The notes below the pieces were generated by a model that saw only the letters and a list, made by a program, of their open reading frames with translations, was not told the DNA's origin and did not search any database. From positions 153,060 through 217,059 of the forward strand of contig CAVTHO010000010.1 of the NCBI GenBank assembly GCA_963734545.1: DNA of 64,000 nt. Reading direction: 5' to 3'. Made by a program: the position numbers and the translations under genes. Below, piece by piece: positions 29,501 through 42,206 of this stretch; position 1 is the stretch's first letter, and the number at the start of each line of letters is the position of its first letter. The stretch comes from an uncultured Spirochaetota bacterium (GTDB lineage: Bacteria; Spirochaetota; Spirochaetia; SZUA-6; Fen-1364).

Positions 29501-32500
29501 GCAACTTTGGCCTCCAAACGCGCTACCGTGGTGTCCAATGTGACGTCGCCCCCCGCAAGGACGACCAGCGCATCAGAGGTCACCGCGGCCATCACAGCTC
29601 CACCAGCGGCCAGGGTGACATCTCCAGGATTGCCGGCAAGAATGCTCGCTGCCGCAATATCCCCGCGGGCAGTCACCGTGATCGAACCATCCGCCGTGGT
29701 CACGTTCGACAGGATGATCGAATCGGTTTCATCGATAATGATGTCCCCCACGCCGCTGGTCGCGGCCGTAAGAGTATTGACTGTGGTCATCAGCGTGATC
29801 GGACCGGCCGCGCTGACAACCAGCTCGTCCGCAACGACGGCTGCAGCAACAGCACCACCGGCGGTAATCTCGACTGAGCCGTTGAAGGCCACAGCCTCCA
29901 TCACAATCGCATCACTCTCGCTGACCACGATGTCCCCGGCCGGGGCATGGGCAACCAGCACATCCACATCGGTGATGAGGGTCATTCCCAAATAGGCCCC
30001 CACCTGCAGCCTCTGCGCCGAGATCACGGAGCCCGGCAGCGAACCAACCGTGCTGCCCTGCAGGGAAACTTCCCGCGCCGATACCGTCCCCACCACAGTG
30101 AGGTTTCCCGCACTGACTGACAACCTGCCGTCTGCCACCAGGATGCCAGCCAACGTCAGATCATCGGATTCGCCGACCGCGACATCCCCGCTTCCCTCAG
30201 TGCTGAGCATCAAGGAGGCGACATCCGTGATCAGCGTGATCGCGTCTGTCTCGACAACGGTAAGCTCTCCATGGTTGGTCGCAGTAAGGGTATCCACACT
30301 GGTATCCAGAACCATCGAGCCACCGGCTGTCGCAATCAGCTCATGCGCCGCTATCTTGCCGACGCCATCGGTAATCGCGCCCGCGGAGGTAATGGTGATC
30401 CGGTCCTCCGCTGCCTCCACGCTGCCGACCTCAATATCTCCTGACCCGATGGTCGTGAGGCTGATGTTCTGCCCGATTCCCCCCGCGGTCACCGTCCCGA
30501 CCCTCAGCGCTGCCCCGCTCACATCGATCAAGATGTCCCCGTCCGCGGTCTGCGCAAGCGCAACTGCCAGGGGCCCGCCACCAGCCTGGCTGAACAGGAT
30601 GTCCCCCGCTCCCGTCGTCAAGGAGGTCACGCTCACCGGCGAAGTCAACGTATTGTCCAGATCGATCACGCCGTCGGTCGTATCCGCAGCGATCAGCGAA
30701 GCTGCCGTCTCGATGGCCCCTTCCGTCCCGATCCCCCATCCCGCGTCAATATCCAGGGCGTACGCAGTGATGTCCATGTCAGGATCCGACCCGTACTCCT
30801 CTACTGAACCCGCTGCCATCAGTGTCACGCTGCCAGAGCCACCGGCGACGATTCTCCCCACCGTAATGTCTCCGGCACCCGCGGTCACGCTGATCGAACC
30901 ATTCGCCGTGGTCACGTTCGACAGGATGATCGAATCGGTCTCGGTTATCGGTTATGATCGCGTCTGTCTCGACAACGGTAAGCTCTCCATGGTTGGTCGC
31001 AGTAAGGGTATCCACACTGGTATCCAGAACCATCGAGCCACCGGCTGTCGCAATCAGCTCATGCGCCGCTATCTTGCCGACGCCATCGGTAATCGCGCCC
31101 GCGGAGGTAATGGTGATCCGGTCCTCCGCTGCCTCCACGCTGCCGACCTCAATATCTCCTGACCCGATGGTCGTGAGGCTGATGTTCTGCCCGATTCCCC
31201 CCGCGGTCACCGTCCCGACCCTCAGCGCTGCCCCGCTCACATCGATCAAGATGTCCCCGTCCGCGGTCTGCGCAAGCGCAACTGCCAGGGGCCCGCCACC
31301 AGCCTGGCTGAACAGGATGTCCCCCGCTCCCGTCGTCAAGGAGGTCACGCTCACCGGCGAAGTCAACGTATTGTCCAGATCAATCACGCCGTCGGTCGTA
31401 TCCGCAGCGATCAGCGAAGCTGCCGTCTCGATGGCCCCTTCCGTCCCGATCCCCCATCCCGCGTCAATATCCAGGGCGTACGCAGTGATGTCCATGTCAG
31501 GATCCGACCCGTACTCCTCCACTGAACCCGCTGCCATCAGTGTCACGCTGCCAGAGCCACCGGCGACGATTCTCCCCACCGTAATGTCTCCGGCACCCGC
31601 GGTCACGCTGATCGAACCATTCGCCGTGGTCACGTTCGACAGGATGATCGAATCGGTCTCGGTTATGGTTATGTCTCCCACGCCGCTGGTCGCGGCCGTA
31701 AGAGTATTGACTGTGGTCATCAGCGTGATCGGACCGGCCGCGCTGATGACTACCTCGTCCGCGACGATAGTGGTTCCGCTGCCGGTTCCACTGTAGTGCA
31801 GGTTTGATATGCCATAGTAGTCAGCCAGAGTATCCGATCCGAAGTTTTCTTCAAACCTGTAGATATCGTTATGGTAAAGACCTAGTAACAGGTCATTTCC
31901 GCTTCCACCTGTAATCGTATCTATTCCGGGAGAGCCCAGGAGTTGATCATCTCCAGGACCGCCATCGAGAGTATTGGTTTCAGAGATCAGTGTATTTGGA
32001 GAAGCTCTCCCATAGCTTTCATCGAGCAGATCGTTTCCTGACTCACCATAGAGATGATCGTTGCCCGTTCCACCGAGCAATTTGTCATCACCATTCCCGC
32101 CGTAGAGATAATCATTTCCTTCATTCGCGAAGATGGTATCGTTGCCATCTCCGCCTTGTATGGAATCATTCCCCTTTCCAGTTACGATGACGTCATTGCC
32201 GCCGTAACCATACACCTCCATGTTAATGGCGACGCTGTTCCCATCCGCAACAATTGTTTCTGCGGCATTCGTCCCATAGATAATGATCCTCGAGATCGTG
32301 CCTGCCGCAAAATACCGCATGTTTGAAATAGCGACATCTCTATAGAGATACTCTATGCTCTGGATAGACCAGTCACTCCATCCCAGAGGAATAAAGCCCC
32401 ATTTCCACCTGAAGTACCTCGTGTAATTCACCTTTTCAGCGACGAGAACGCTGCGAGTAACATCCGGCGCATCTACAATCAGATTTCCATCAACAACGGC

Positions 32501-35500
32501 TATCCGCAGTCTAGAAGCGCTCGAATTGTTGATTGTCAGTGTTCTCTGATTTGCCGGACCTGATAGACTTGCCGAATATGAATAGTAATCGAACGGGTTG
32601 ATGAGGCTCGTCAAATCATAGACTTCCGTTTTGCTGGACTCGAACCAGCTTGATATCTCATCTACGAGATCTCCTATCAGATTGCCGATATCAGTAAACA
32701 AGCCATCAAAGAAATCCACGACATCTGATCCAAAATCAAGTATCGCTTCTCCCAAATCCACGAAAGCGTCAGCTACCGCTTCTGCAGCTACGACCAGCGC
32801 CTCACCCGCAGCCTCCGCGGCAGCCCCGATTGCATCGAAAATGGCATCAAAGACACCCAGTCCTCCGTCAATGTCCCAAGAGTTTCCATTTCCGGTTACT
32901 TCGAGCCATACTCCCAGAGGCCCTTCAGCTCTGATCCTGAACGTACCAGCCTGCCAGTCCACACTGAGCGCGGCTGAAGCGATATTGATATCTTCTCCCA
33001 GGATAACAAGCGCTACTGAACCATGACCGGATACTCCGGTGTTTTTGATTGCGACACCAAGACTGCCTCTGATTCCGAACTCAGTGATCCCACTGCCAAT
33101 TGTCAGATCAAGAGCCAGCTCTCCTGCCAGGCTGAAGGAACCATTGCTGTAGATGTACCCTGAAATGCCAATGTCAACGATGCCGAAAAAGTCTATTGAG
33201 ATGTTGTTGAACGCAATTCCCAGAATACCGCCCTGAGCGCCCAGTACCAGGTCTCCTGATGTGTGAAAGAGCCCGAAGAGATCTATGGTGGCGCCTATTG
33301 CGACAAGGTATGTGTGGGGCTCAATCGTCCTGCTGCCGATCGTGACCTGTTCACTGCCCGTGTTTATTTTCAGAGTGAAATTGCCGCTGATATTTATTCC
33401 CGGTATGCCGTCAAAGACATGCACGCCAAGATCGGCGTACATGGCGAAGACGCCGTCCTTGATGACCGCGCCGCCTGTCACATCGAGTTTTCCGAAGATG
33501 CTCAGATCCACTTTGCCTGCCAGCGCGAGATACAGTCCTTCACCGCTGATCTTGAGCTGGAAGTCAGCGGTGATCACGAATACGCTGGCAATGGTCAGAT
33601 CGCCGTGCAGAGAAACAAGGAAATAGGCTCCCGGTGATTCAAAGGTCCCATCCAGCCGGGGTGCACTGCCGCGGATCGTGAAAGCCGCCGAACCATCAGG
33701 GTTCACGACAAACCGTGCATCCAGCGTCCCTGTCAGCCCGCTGAGCGCGGTGGTGTTCGCGATACCCAGCCTGTTGAGCTCTGATTCTATGAACGAGCCC
33801 GACAGATCGACCGTCCCTTTCAGGAATGCGACATAACGCTGCGGTATGGTGATTGTCTGATCGACACCGGTGGTGTTGAACACAATCCGCGCCCTGGCAT
33901 TGAAAGCCAGGACGCTGCTCAGCGCACCACCGACGGAGACCGAAACATCTATGTCAGCCGCGATGCCGCTGGCGTTGATCACCAACCCGCCCAGGGCATT
34001 CATGTCAAACAGCTTGGCCCCGCCGGAAGCCCCGATATCAGGCCCGAACTCAAGCCCTGCTGCAACAAACGCTTTGAGTCCGGCACTGTCGACCTCAAGC
34101 AGCAGCAGGCCGTTGAGTCTTACAACTGCATTCGAAGACGGATCTGATTTCGGGCCATCGTATATTGTGACCTGGCCGCCGAGCTGGAAGCTGATCAGGA
34201 ACTGGTCGAACACCAGGACCGCCGGTGAAGTCGGGTCTCCGGTATTGACCTTGAAGCCCACATCCAGCGTGCCGCTGCGGTCCGCGTCAGCGGCCTCGGC
34301 GAGGGTGTCATTCGACAAGAACGCCTTGACTTCGTCGACCTGGAGCAGACCGTCCTCGTTCGTATCCAGTGCGCTCGCGACATTCGCCCAGCTGACTTGC
34401 ACCGCGTCTGCGTCCGTGCTCGTGTAGAGGTCGGCATAAGCGCCGCCGGGTCCCTGTCCGGCCAGCATGCGCAGCTCTCCGACCGTGATGGTTCCGTCGT
34501 CATTGGTGTCAAACAGGTCCAGGACCTCGTTGAAGCTGGCAGGGAAGTCCACCACGGAGACGCCACTGGCCGTGCCGATGCCCACGTTGATCGCGATATC
34601 GAAGCGGCCAGTCGCCTCGAGCATGTCGATGCCGACCACGCCAAAGCTGTCGACACTGGCCTTTGCGGCCAGGTACACGCCGACATCAGAAAGACTCACG
34701 GACGCCATGACCATGAGGCCCACATCCAGGTCCGTGATATGGAAACCGACGGCGCTCGAGCTCAGCTCATTGGTGTCGACCGAATGGTCGCCGTCCGTAT
34801 CGGTCCAATAGGGGCCGTTCGCGCCGATGAATGCCGTCACATTGGCGGCGCCGATCGTCATGGTCGTGACGGTTTTCGTGCTGCCGTCGGTGAGCGTCAC
34901 CTGCTGCGTCGGACCCAGCTCGAAGGCAATGCTTCCGGTGAGATAAAGCGCGTCGAAGATCTTGAGCTCGACGAATCCCTGGGCGCGGATGAGGGAGGTG
35001 CCCATGGCCAGGTACACCGGCTCACCGCCGGTCTGCACCTCCAGGCCCAGCGGATCTATCTTGCCGTCTCCGTCAGCGTCCGCGGCAGCGGCTGCGGACG
35101 CGCCCATCAGCGCGGCCGCCTCGCCCACCTCCAGAGTCCCGCTGGCATCCGTGTCCAGCGCCTGGGCGATCAGCTCCGTGTCCAGCACCTTGTCGGCCGA
35201 ATCCCCGGCTCCGTACAACCCGGAGAAGGCGTTCTGGCCGCTGGCGGCGCGAAGCTCACCGACCGTGACCAGCCCGTCGTCGTTCGTATCGAACAGCGGC
35301 AGCCGTTCGTCCGCGAACGCGGGCGTCGTTGCAAAATCCACCACGGGGAACAGCGACACACCGTAGATCGTGGGCGAAGACTGGTTGACTTCCACGAGGA
35401 TCTGCTCCGCCTGGACGGTGACGCCGTCGATCCCCGCGAGACTGATCGACCGGGCGCTTGCATGCAGCGCGAAGTACTTTCCCGGATCCAGGGGATTGCT

Positions 35501-38500
35501 GGGACTCATCATCGCCATGCCGAAATCAAGGTCGTCCAGCACGAGCCCCACGGCTTCCGGGTTCACTTCAGCGGGAACGATCTTTCCAGTGACCGGGTCG
35601 CGGTCGATCTCGCCGTCCCCGTCGGCATCCACCCAGTACGGTCCGTTGATGCCCACGAAGGCGTGTACGTCCGCCGCGCCTATGGTCATGAAGCCCACTT
35701 CCTTGACCGTGTCGAGAACGGGAATCGGTGTATCGGCAGGCAATCCGTAGTCGTTCAAGAGCTTGCCGACGTCGGCCGTCACCTGTCCCAGGAGCCCTCC
35801 GGCGGTGTTGACCGTGGCTCCCGGTCCTTTCTCGAAGGCGACGCTTCCAGTGATGTACACGAACTCCGATATCCGGATGGTGGCTTGTGCGACACTTGCC
35901 CCGATGCGCTCGTTGCCGTCAAAATCGATGTACACAGGCGGGGTGTCGACTCCGGTGCGGATTTCCAGGCCCGGCGGGTCCAGCTTGCCGTCGCCGTCCA
36001 CGTCCGCTCCCGACGCCGCGGTGGCTCCTGCCAGCGCTGCCGCTTCGGACACTTCCAGCGTCCCGCTGGCGTCAGTGTCCAGCACGTCCAGGAGCGTGCT
36101 CAGCGCCACGACCTGGCCGTTGTTCGCCGCCGAATTGTACAGCCCGTTGTAGCTCTGGGCGCCGTTCAGCCCACGCAGCTCCCCGACCGTGACCAGCCCG
36201 TCGTGCCCCGGTCCCGTATCGAACAGGAGCAGCCGCTCGTCGGTCGCAAAGCTGTTGGCGAAGTTGATCACCGGCGCGCCGAAAACGCCGCCCGGCCATT
36301 CTTTTCCCGTGTTTACTCCCACCCGGATGCCTTCCAGTGTCATTTCGACAGCGGGAAGTCCCACGAAGCCCACCAGATCGGCAGACGCCTTCAAGGCGTA
36401 GAACTTGGGAAGGACCGAGTCCAGGCCCGGCAGGGCCGCCAGCGTAGGCGCCATCATGACGAAGCCGAAGTCCGCGTTGTTTACGACCAGCCCTATCGCG
36501 TCCTGGTTCACCCCGGTTTCGTCGGACACCAGCCCGTCGCCGTCCGTGTCGATCTTGTACGGCCCGTTCAGGCCCACGAACACGTGGGCTCCCGAGAAGC
36601 CGATCTGCATCGAGTCCACTTCCAGGTTGTAGATCGTCGAGAAATCCGTGCTGATGCTCAGCGCGTCTTCACCCAGCCCGATAGTGCCTTTCTTCGGCAG
36701 GACATTCAGCGCGTCGAGGATGCCGCTTGCAAAGCCAGCCAGGTCACCGGGGAATCCCGTGGCCACCTCTACCCGGTACCCGGGTCCCTTCTCGAAGGAA
36801 AGGCTTCCGATCACGTACACGAACTGGGAAATCCGCAGAAGCACGCTTTGCGCCGCTGCTCCGATCCTCTGGTCTCCATTGAAGGTCAGGTAGACCGGCT
36901 CCGTCGTTGTCCCCGTCCGTATTTCGTAGCCCGCCGGGTCCAGCTTGCCGTCGCCGTCCTGGTCCGCTCCCGACGCCGCAGCTCCTGCCAGAGCCGCCGC
37001 CTCGGTCACTTCCAGCATCCCGTTGTCGTTGGTGTCCAGCACGTCCATGAGAGTGCTCAGCGCCACGACCTGGCCATCACTCGCCGTCAAAGTGTACAGC
37101 CCGCCGTAGCTCTGCATGCCGCTGACGCCGCGCAACTCCCCGACCGTGATCAGCCCGTCGTGCCCCGGTCCCGTATCGAACAGGAGCAGCCGCTCGTCTG
37201 TCGCAAAGCTGTTGGCGAAATTGATCACCGGAGATCCCAGGCCTCCCGGCCACCCGCCGGAATCGTTCACCTCCACCAGCACCTTCTCAAGGGACGCCTG
37301 CAGGATGCCTTCCAGTCCGACAAGCCCGGCGCTCGCCGCCGTGGCCTTGACCGCAAAGAACGTCGGAAGGATCTTGTCGAGCCCGGGAAGCGCCGCCAGC
37401 GGCGACACCATCGTGACGAAACCAAGATCCACGTCGTCGATCACCAGCCCCACCGCGTCCTCATTTACCGCGGTTTCGTCGGCCACCGAACCGTCGCCGT
37501 CCGTGTCGATCTTGTACGGCCCGTTCAAGCCCACAAACACGTGCGCCCCCGAGATGCCCATCTGCAGGGACCTGACCGGGAGGTTCTTGATCGTGGACAG
37601 GTCAGTGGTGATCTGCAGATCGCCCAGGCCGACTGTTCCCTCCAACGGGATGATCCCGCTGATCGAATCCAGCAGACTCTCCGCGATGTCCCCCAGGTTG
37701 GCGGGCAGCCCCGTGGCCACCTCCACCGTCTCTGCCGGCCCCATCTGGATGGAGAAGCTGCCGGTCACGTACACGAACTGGGAAATCTGCAGAAGCACGC
37801 TGTCCGCGGATGCGGCCATCCGCTGGCTGCCGTCGTAGTCCAGGTACACAGGGGCAAGACCCGTCCCCGTCCGTATCTCGTAACCACGCGGATCCAGCTT
37901 GCCGTCCCCGTCCTTGTCCGCTGCCAGCACTGCCGTGGTTCCTGCCAGCGCCGCTGCCTCGGCTGCTCCCAGCATCCCGTCGTGGTTGGCGTCCAGCGTG
38001 TTCAGGAGAGTGCCAAGCGCCACGACCTGGTTGTCGCTTGCCGCCGAATTATAGAGTCCGCCATACTCCGGCGTGCCGTTCAGCACGCGCAGTTCCCCGA
38101 CCGTGACCAGCCTGTTGTGATCCGTGTCGAACAGAAGCAGCCGTTCGTCAACGGGGAAAGAGGCCGCGAAATCGATCCGGGGCTGCCCCAAAGTACCGCC
38201 CGAGGAGGAGTTCACCTCTACCCGCACATTCCGGACGGTCGCTTGCAGCACACCTTCCAGCCCCACAAGGCCGGCGGTCATTGCGGTGGCTTTTAAGGAA
38301 TAGAACGTTGGAAGGCCCGACAGCATCTGCGGATAGAAAATCACCATCCCGAAGTCCACGTCGGTGACCTGCAGACCCACCGCGTGGGGATTGGCCTCAC
38401 TGGCGTCGAAGACCCGGTCTCCGTCCGCGTCCACCCAGTAGGGACCGTTCAGTCCCGCGAAGAGGGTTACGTTTGTCGCCGTGACCTCAAGGGGCGTCAC

Positions 38501-41500
38501 CAGCATGTTCTCAACACCGCTCGACAGGTTGACCGGGACGTAGCTGAAGGGCTTGCGAAGCGTGAAATTGCCGCCCGCGTAAACGAAGGAACCAATGGCC
38601 AGGTCCAGGTCTGCGGTCAACTCCAGGCCTGTCGAAACATCGAACTTGATCGCAACCGTCCCGGCATCCCCCAGGGAGAGGGTTTCATCCAGCGTGTATC
38701 CCTCCAACAGGGTGGAAAGGTTCTGCATGGCCAGGTCGAAGACCATTGTCGAAAGGCTTCCCACGGCGGTGCCGCCGATATCCAGGAGGGTCGGTCCCAG
38801 ACGCGCCACCAGCTCGCTTCCGAACTCGCTGATGTCGAACAACCCCAGGTCCAGGAGCTTCAGTGCGGCATCCAGGTTGCCCAGCTCCAGGCCCGTGACA
38901 ATCTGGCCGGCGTCGGGAAGGGTCCCCATTACGGCCTTGATGATCTGCTGCTGCGCACTGACGGCGTTGGCCAGGTCCGTGTGCCCCAGGCCGCCGCTCA
39001 TGGGAACCAGGAACAGCTTGCTGCCGATCCGGGAGTCGCCAAGGAACAGGCCCACGGACGAAATACTCGCGATGGTGCCGTCCCCCTCCGTGGCGCCCGG
39101 CGCGTCGGGGTTCGTGTTCGATTCCCGGTCAAGATACCAGACGGTTCCCTCATCCGGCCAGTTGCCTATGTACTGGCTGAACGGGAGTATCTCGTTCGAA
39201 AGCCCCAGGGACAGGTCCGGTCCGGTCTGGAGCACGATCTGGTCTTCGGTATCCACCTCGTTGCTGTAGATGATAGTGGCCGATCCGGTCAGCAGATCCA
39301 CGAAGCGGTTGGGGTCAGCGCCGCCGTTCAGATCGAAAAGCAGCGTGTTCTCCACACCGGCGCGTGCTGCGGTAATGCGACCCAAACCGCTGCCCAGGTC
39401 CAGGGCACCGTCATAGGTGGCCAGCAGGTCCTTCAGGGTGCCCACGTAGGCCGGGATGAACTCGACCTCGGACAGGCCGGTATCCATCCGCGAGCCGTCC
39501 GGGTTGAAGATGCCGTCCTGGAGCAGGTCGTATGCGGCGTCCAGGACTCTCCCCAGGACCCGGGAGGCCAATTTCTGGGCAAAGTCATCATGCAGGAAGT
39601 TGTAGGTCCCCGTAAGTCCCTGGTTGGGCACTCCCACCTGGACCAGGTTGTGGACTTCGGGCAGGCGGAAGGCGCCGCCAGGTCCGTAGAAATCATTGTA
39701 GGCTTCACTCTGGATATAGCTTCGGGAGACCAGACCGCCCGTGCTGTGGGTGACGATGTCCACATCGGTGAGCGCCGGGTTTCCCAGCAGGCTCCAGGCG
39801 GTCACCGCCTCGCTCAACCAGTACCCCAGGTAGTCCAGGCCGGTCTGGAAAACTCCGTCGCTAATGCCAGCGGCGCTGACTCCTTCCAGTACGCCGTCGA
39901 TGACCAGGTCGCTCGTTGCCACCGGGACCCGCCAGTCCCAGTTGGCGACGAACAGATCTACTCCCATGGTGTATCCGAGATTTTCGAAGCTGGTCACCAG
40001 GTTGCCGTAGGCATTGGTGAGCGGATCAAGCGCAAGCAGCCAGGGTTCGATACCTCGATGCTGGAGCCAATAGTCGACGCCCGCGGGGGTTTCATCCGCT
40101 GCGAAGGTGCCTCCGAACCCGGGAATGAACAGAAGCGGCCGGATCATCTGGTGCCCGGTTCCGAGGACCGTCAACGTGAGCTTGTTCGGGTCCGAATGCA
40201 GATCCACGTCGAAGAACAGCTTCCGAGTGCTTCCGTCGCTTCCGATGATCTCACCGATGGCCAGTCCGGTCATATCGGCGAAGGCCCCCTGGATGCCGCC
40301 TTCCGCCGTGAGGATGTCGAAAGAAAAGCCGGGCCGCAATCCGGTTTCGTAGCCGCCCGTGATCTGGATCTCCAGAGTGCCGCCCAGGTTCAGAACGCCG
40401 CCGGTCACATCAATGGCGTCATAGCTCACGCCCCGGTTTGACCCGCCGATTTCGATCACCGTGGTTCCTGCGACGATCAGCCGCCCGTTGACGATTCCGG
40501 TTCCGGTGATCGATTCCACGACCAGCCCTTCCGGAACGTTCAACGGTGTCTCTGGAATAAGGTGCACGCTCAAGGGCTGGTCGCCGGGACGCTGCCCGGT
40601 AATAGTGCCGGCGCCAGTGACCTGGACAACGTTGCTGACTCCGCCCGTGCCCGTGGCCGTGCCGGCCGCCAGGTCTATGCTCACGGCTGCGCGGCAGGCG
40701 GAATAGTCCAGCCTGACAAATGCGCCTCCTATGACACCTGCAATGGAGGCGCCGTCCTGGAATACGTACGTTGTGGTCCCGGCACTGCCAATCACGCTTT
40801 CCATTCCGGCAGTGGTGAGAATCGCGCTCACGCCCTGGCTGACGCTCAACGTGGCGTCAGGATGAAGGCTGATCCTGAGATCCCCGGAAACGCCTGAGAG
40901 GTCAAGGCTGTCCGCGCCATCACCCGCGTTGATGTCTACTTTGACGCTCCCGGGAGAGCCGGCAAAGCTGACCAGGTCATCACCCGCCCCGGTCAGGATG
41001 GTCAACTCTGCCAACCCGTCTGCCAGAAGGCCGCTGGCAGCTATTGTGACCGTGTCAGCCGCGGAGGCAGGGTCAGCGTCATTGGCGCCTGTATCTATGG
41101 TGACGTGGGTTACATTAAAGAAGGTGATGGATTCGAAGGCGATGCCGCCGCTTGTTCCCGATATGCGGTTCTGACCCGGCTCCGGGCTGTCAATGATGAT
41201 CTGGTCAACCCCGCCCAGATCCGATGTGGCGAACGTGTATGAATCCAGACCACTCACCAGAACCGGCTCGAGGCCGGTGAAGCTGATGGTGGTTGCCCCT
41301 GCCAGTCCGGATGCAGCAACGCTCCCGCCCTGCGCTCCCACGGCCTGGTACCTGAGAGCCAGGGAGTTGTCCCCTTTTATCACCAGACTGTCAAAACCGC
41401 CGCGGCCGCCAGAAAACCAGATGCCCCCTGCTGGCGCAAAGGGACTCCTGAAATCCACGGTAAGCTGATCATTTCCCTGGTCACTTCCTGAGATCCACAC

Positions 41501-42067
41501 TCCGGCAGGAGCGTCAGCGCGCGCGGAACCAAGAATGGCCCCGGTAGCGTCATCCAGCAGCTCCAAAGTCATGGGATCCGTGGCGCTGAGCCGCAGCGTC
41601 AGGCGGCTGTCTGCCTGCGGCGCCGAGTAATCCAGTCTGTCCGGCAGAGCGGGCGGAGGTTCAGATGCGTGAAGCGTCAATACTATCTGTTCTGTCGAAG
41701 ATGTTGCAGAGGTGCATCCGCCCGTCGGCGCAGCCGGCGTTCCATCCGGGGCGCTGGGCGTCGTGATGGCTGTCAGCGTACTGCTGGATTGCTGGGCAGC
41801 GGGAACGGCACATTCCGGTTCCGCGGCGGAAGGAGTGCTGCCCGAAGCCTGCACCGCGGATGCAAAGAGATCTGAGATATTGTCCTGCGGACTGTAGTCG
41901 AAGGTACCTTGCTCGGAAAGAGCGCTGAGAGACCCCGCCGTCTGCTGGCATACAACAGCCTCGGATTCTGCGGGCGGAGCAGGTATGGCGCAGACCACAG
42001 GGACGGGGCTTGCTGAAAGAAGAAGCCTGGGCTCAAGGGGCTCCAGTTGGTACTTTGTCACTACCAT
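26524..42067 (-). CDS. Giant LEPR-XLL exoprotein (~5180 aa if the extra base at 30949 is removed): lipase/LCAT-like domain, EF-hand-like repeats, RTX Ca-binding repeats, beta-helical repeats
   Basis: N-terminal LEPLEPRLLLSA; THSTGG hydrolase motif; GGxGxD nonapeptides; ORFs 30779-42067 and 26524-30915 join at a tandem-duplication junction. Confidence 0.85.
30237..31666. repeat. Tandem direct duplication, period 718 bp (30237-30948 and 30955-31666)
   Basis: Copies identical by eye except two substitutions (near 30664/31382 and 30802/31520). Confidence 0.92.
34250..38200 (-). repeat. 4-5 internal ~310-aa repeats with EF-hand-like DxDxDG loops
   Basis: DERL(L/P)LFDT...TVGELR...LDTxxxGxLEVxEAAALAG...DxDGDGKLDP at ~38150, 37200, 36240 and 35310; degenerate copy at ~34530. 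Confidence 0.85.
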
Positions 42068-42206
42068 TCACTTTCCATTAGCGCCTGAAATTCATGAACG
42101 GCCGCATGATACGCCATTGATCGTTTGCTTGTCAAGAAAATATCTGGCGGAATATGCGAACGCCCCTGCACTCCCGGCCCGCCCAATCGCCCCGCCGTCG
42201 GGCCAG

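Noticed and set aside
34397-40441. Long + strand ORFs (1299 aa and 685 aa) antisense to the giant gene
   Set aside because: Shadow ORFs expected from high-GC codon bias; no motifs or recognisable domain content
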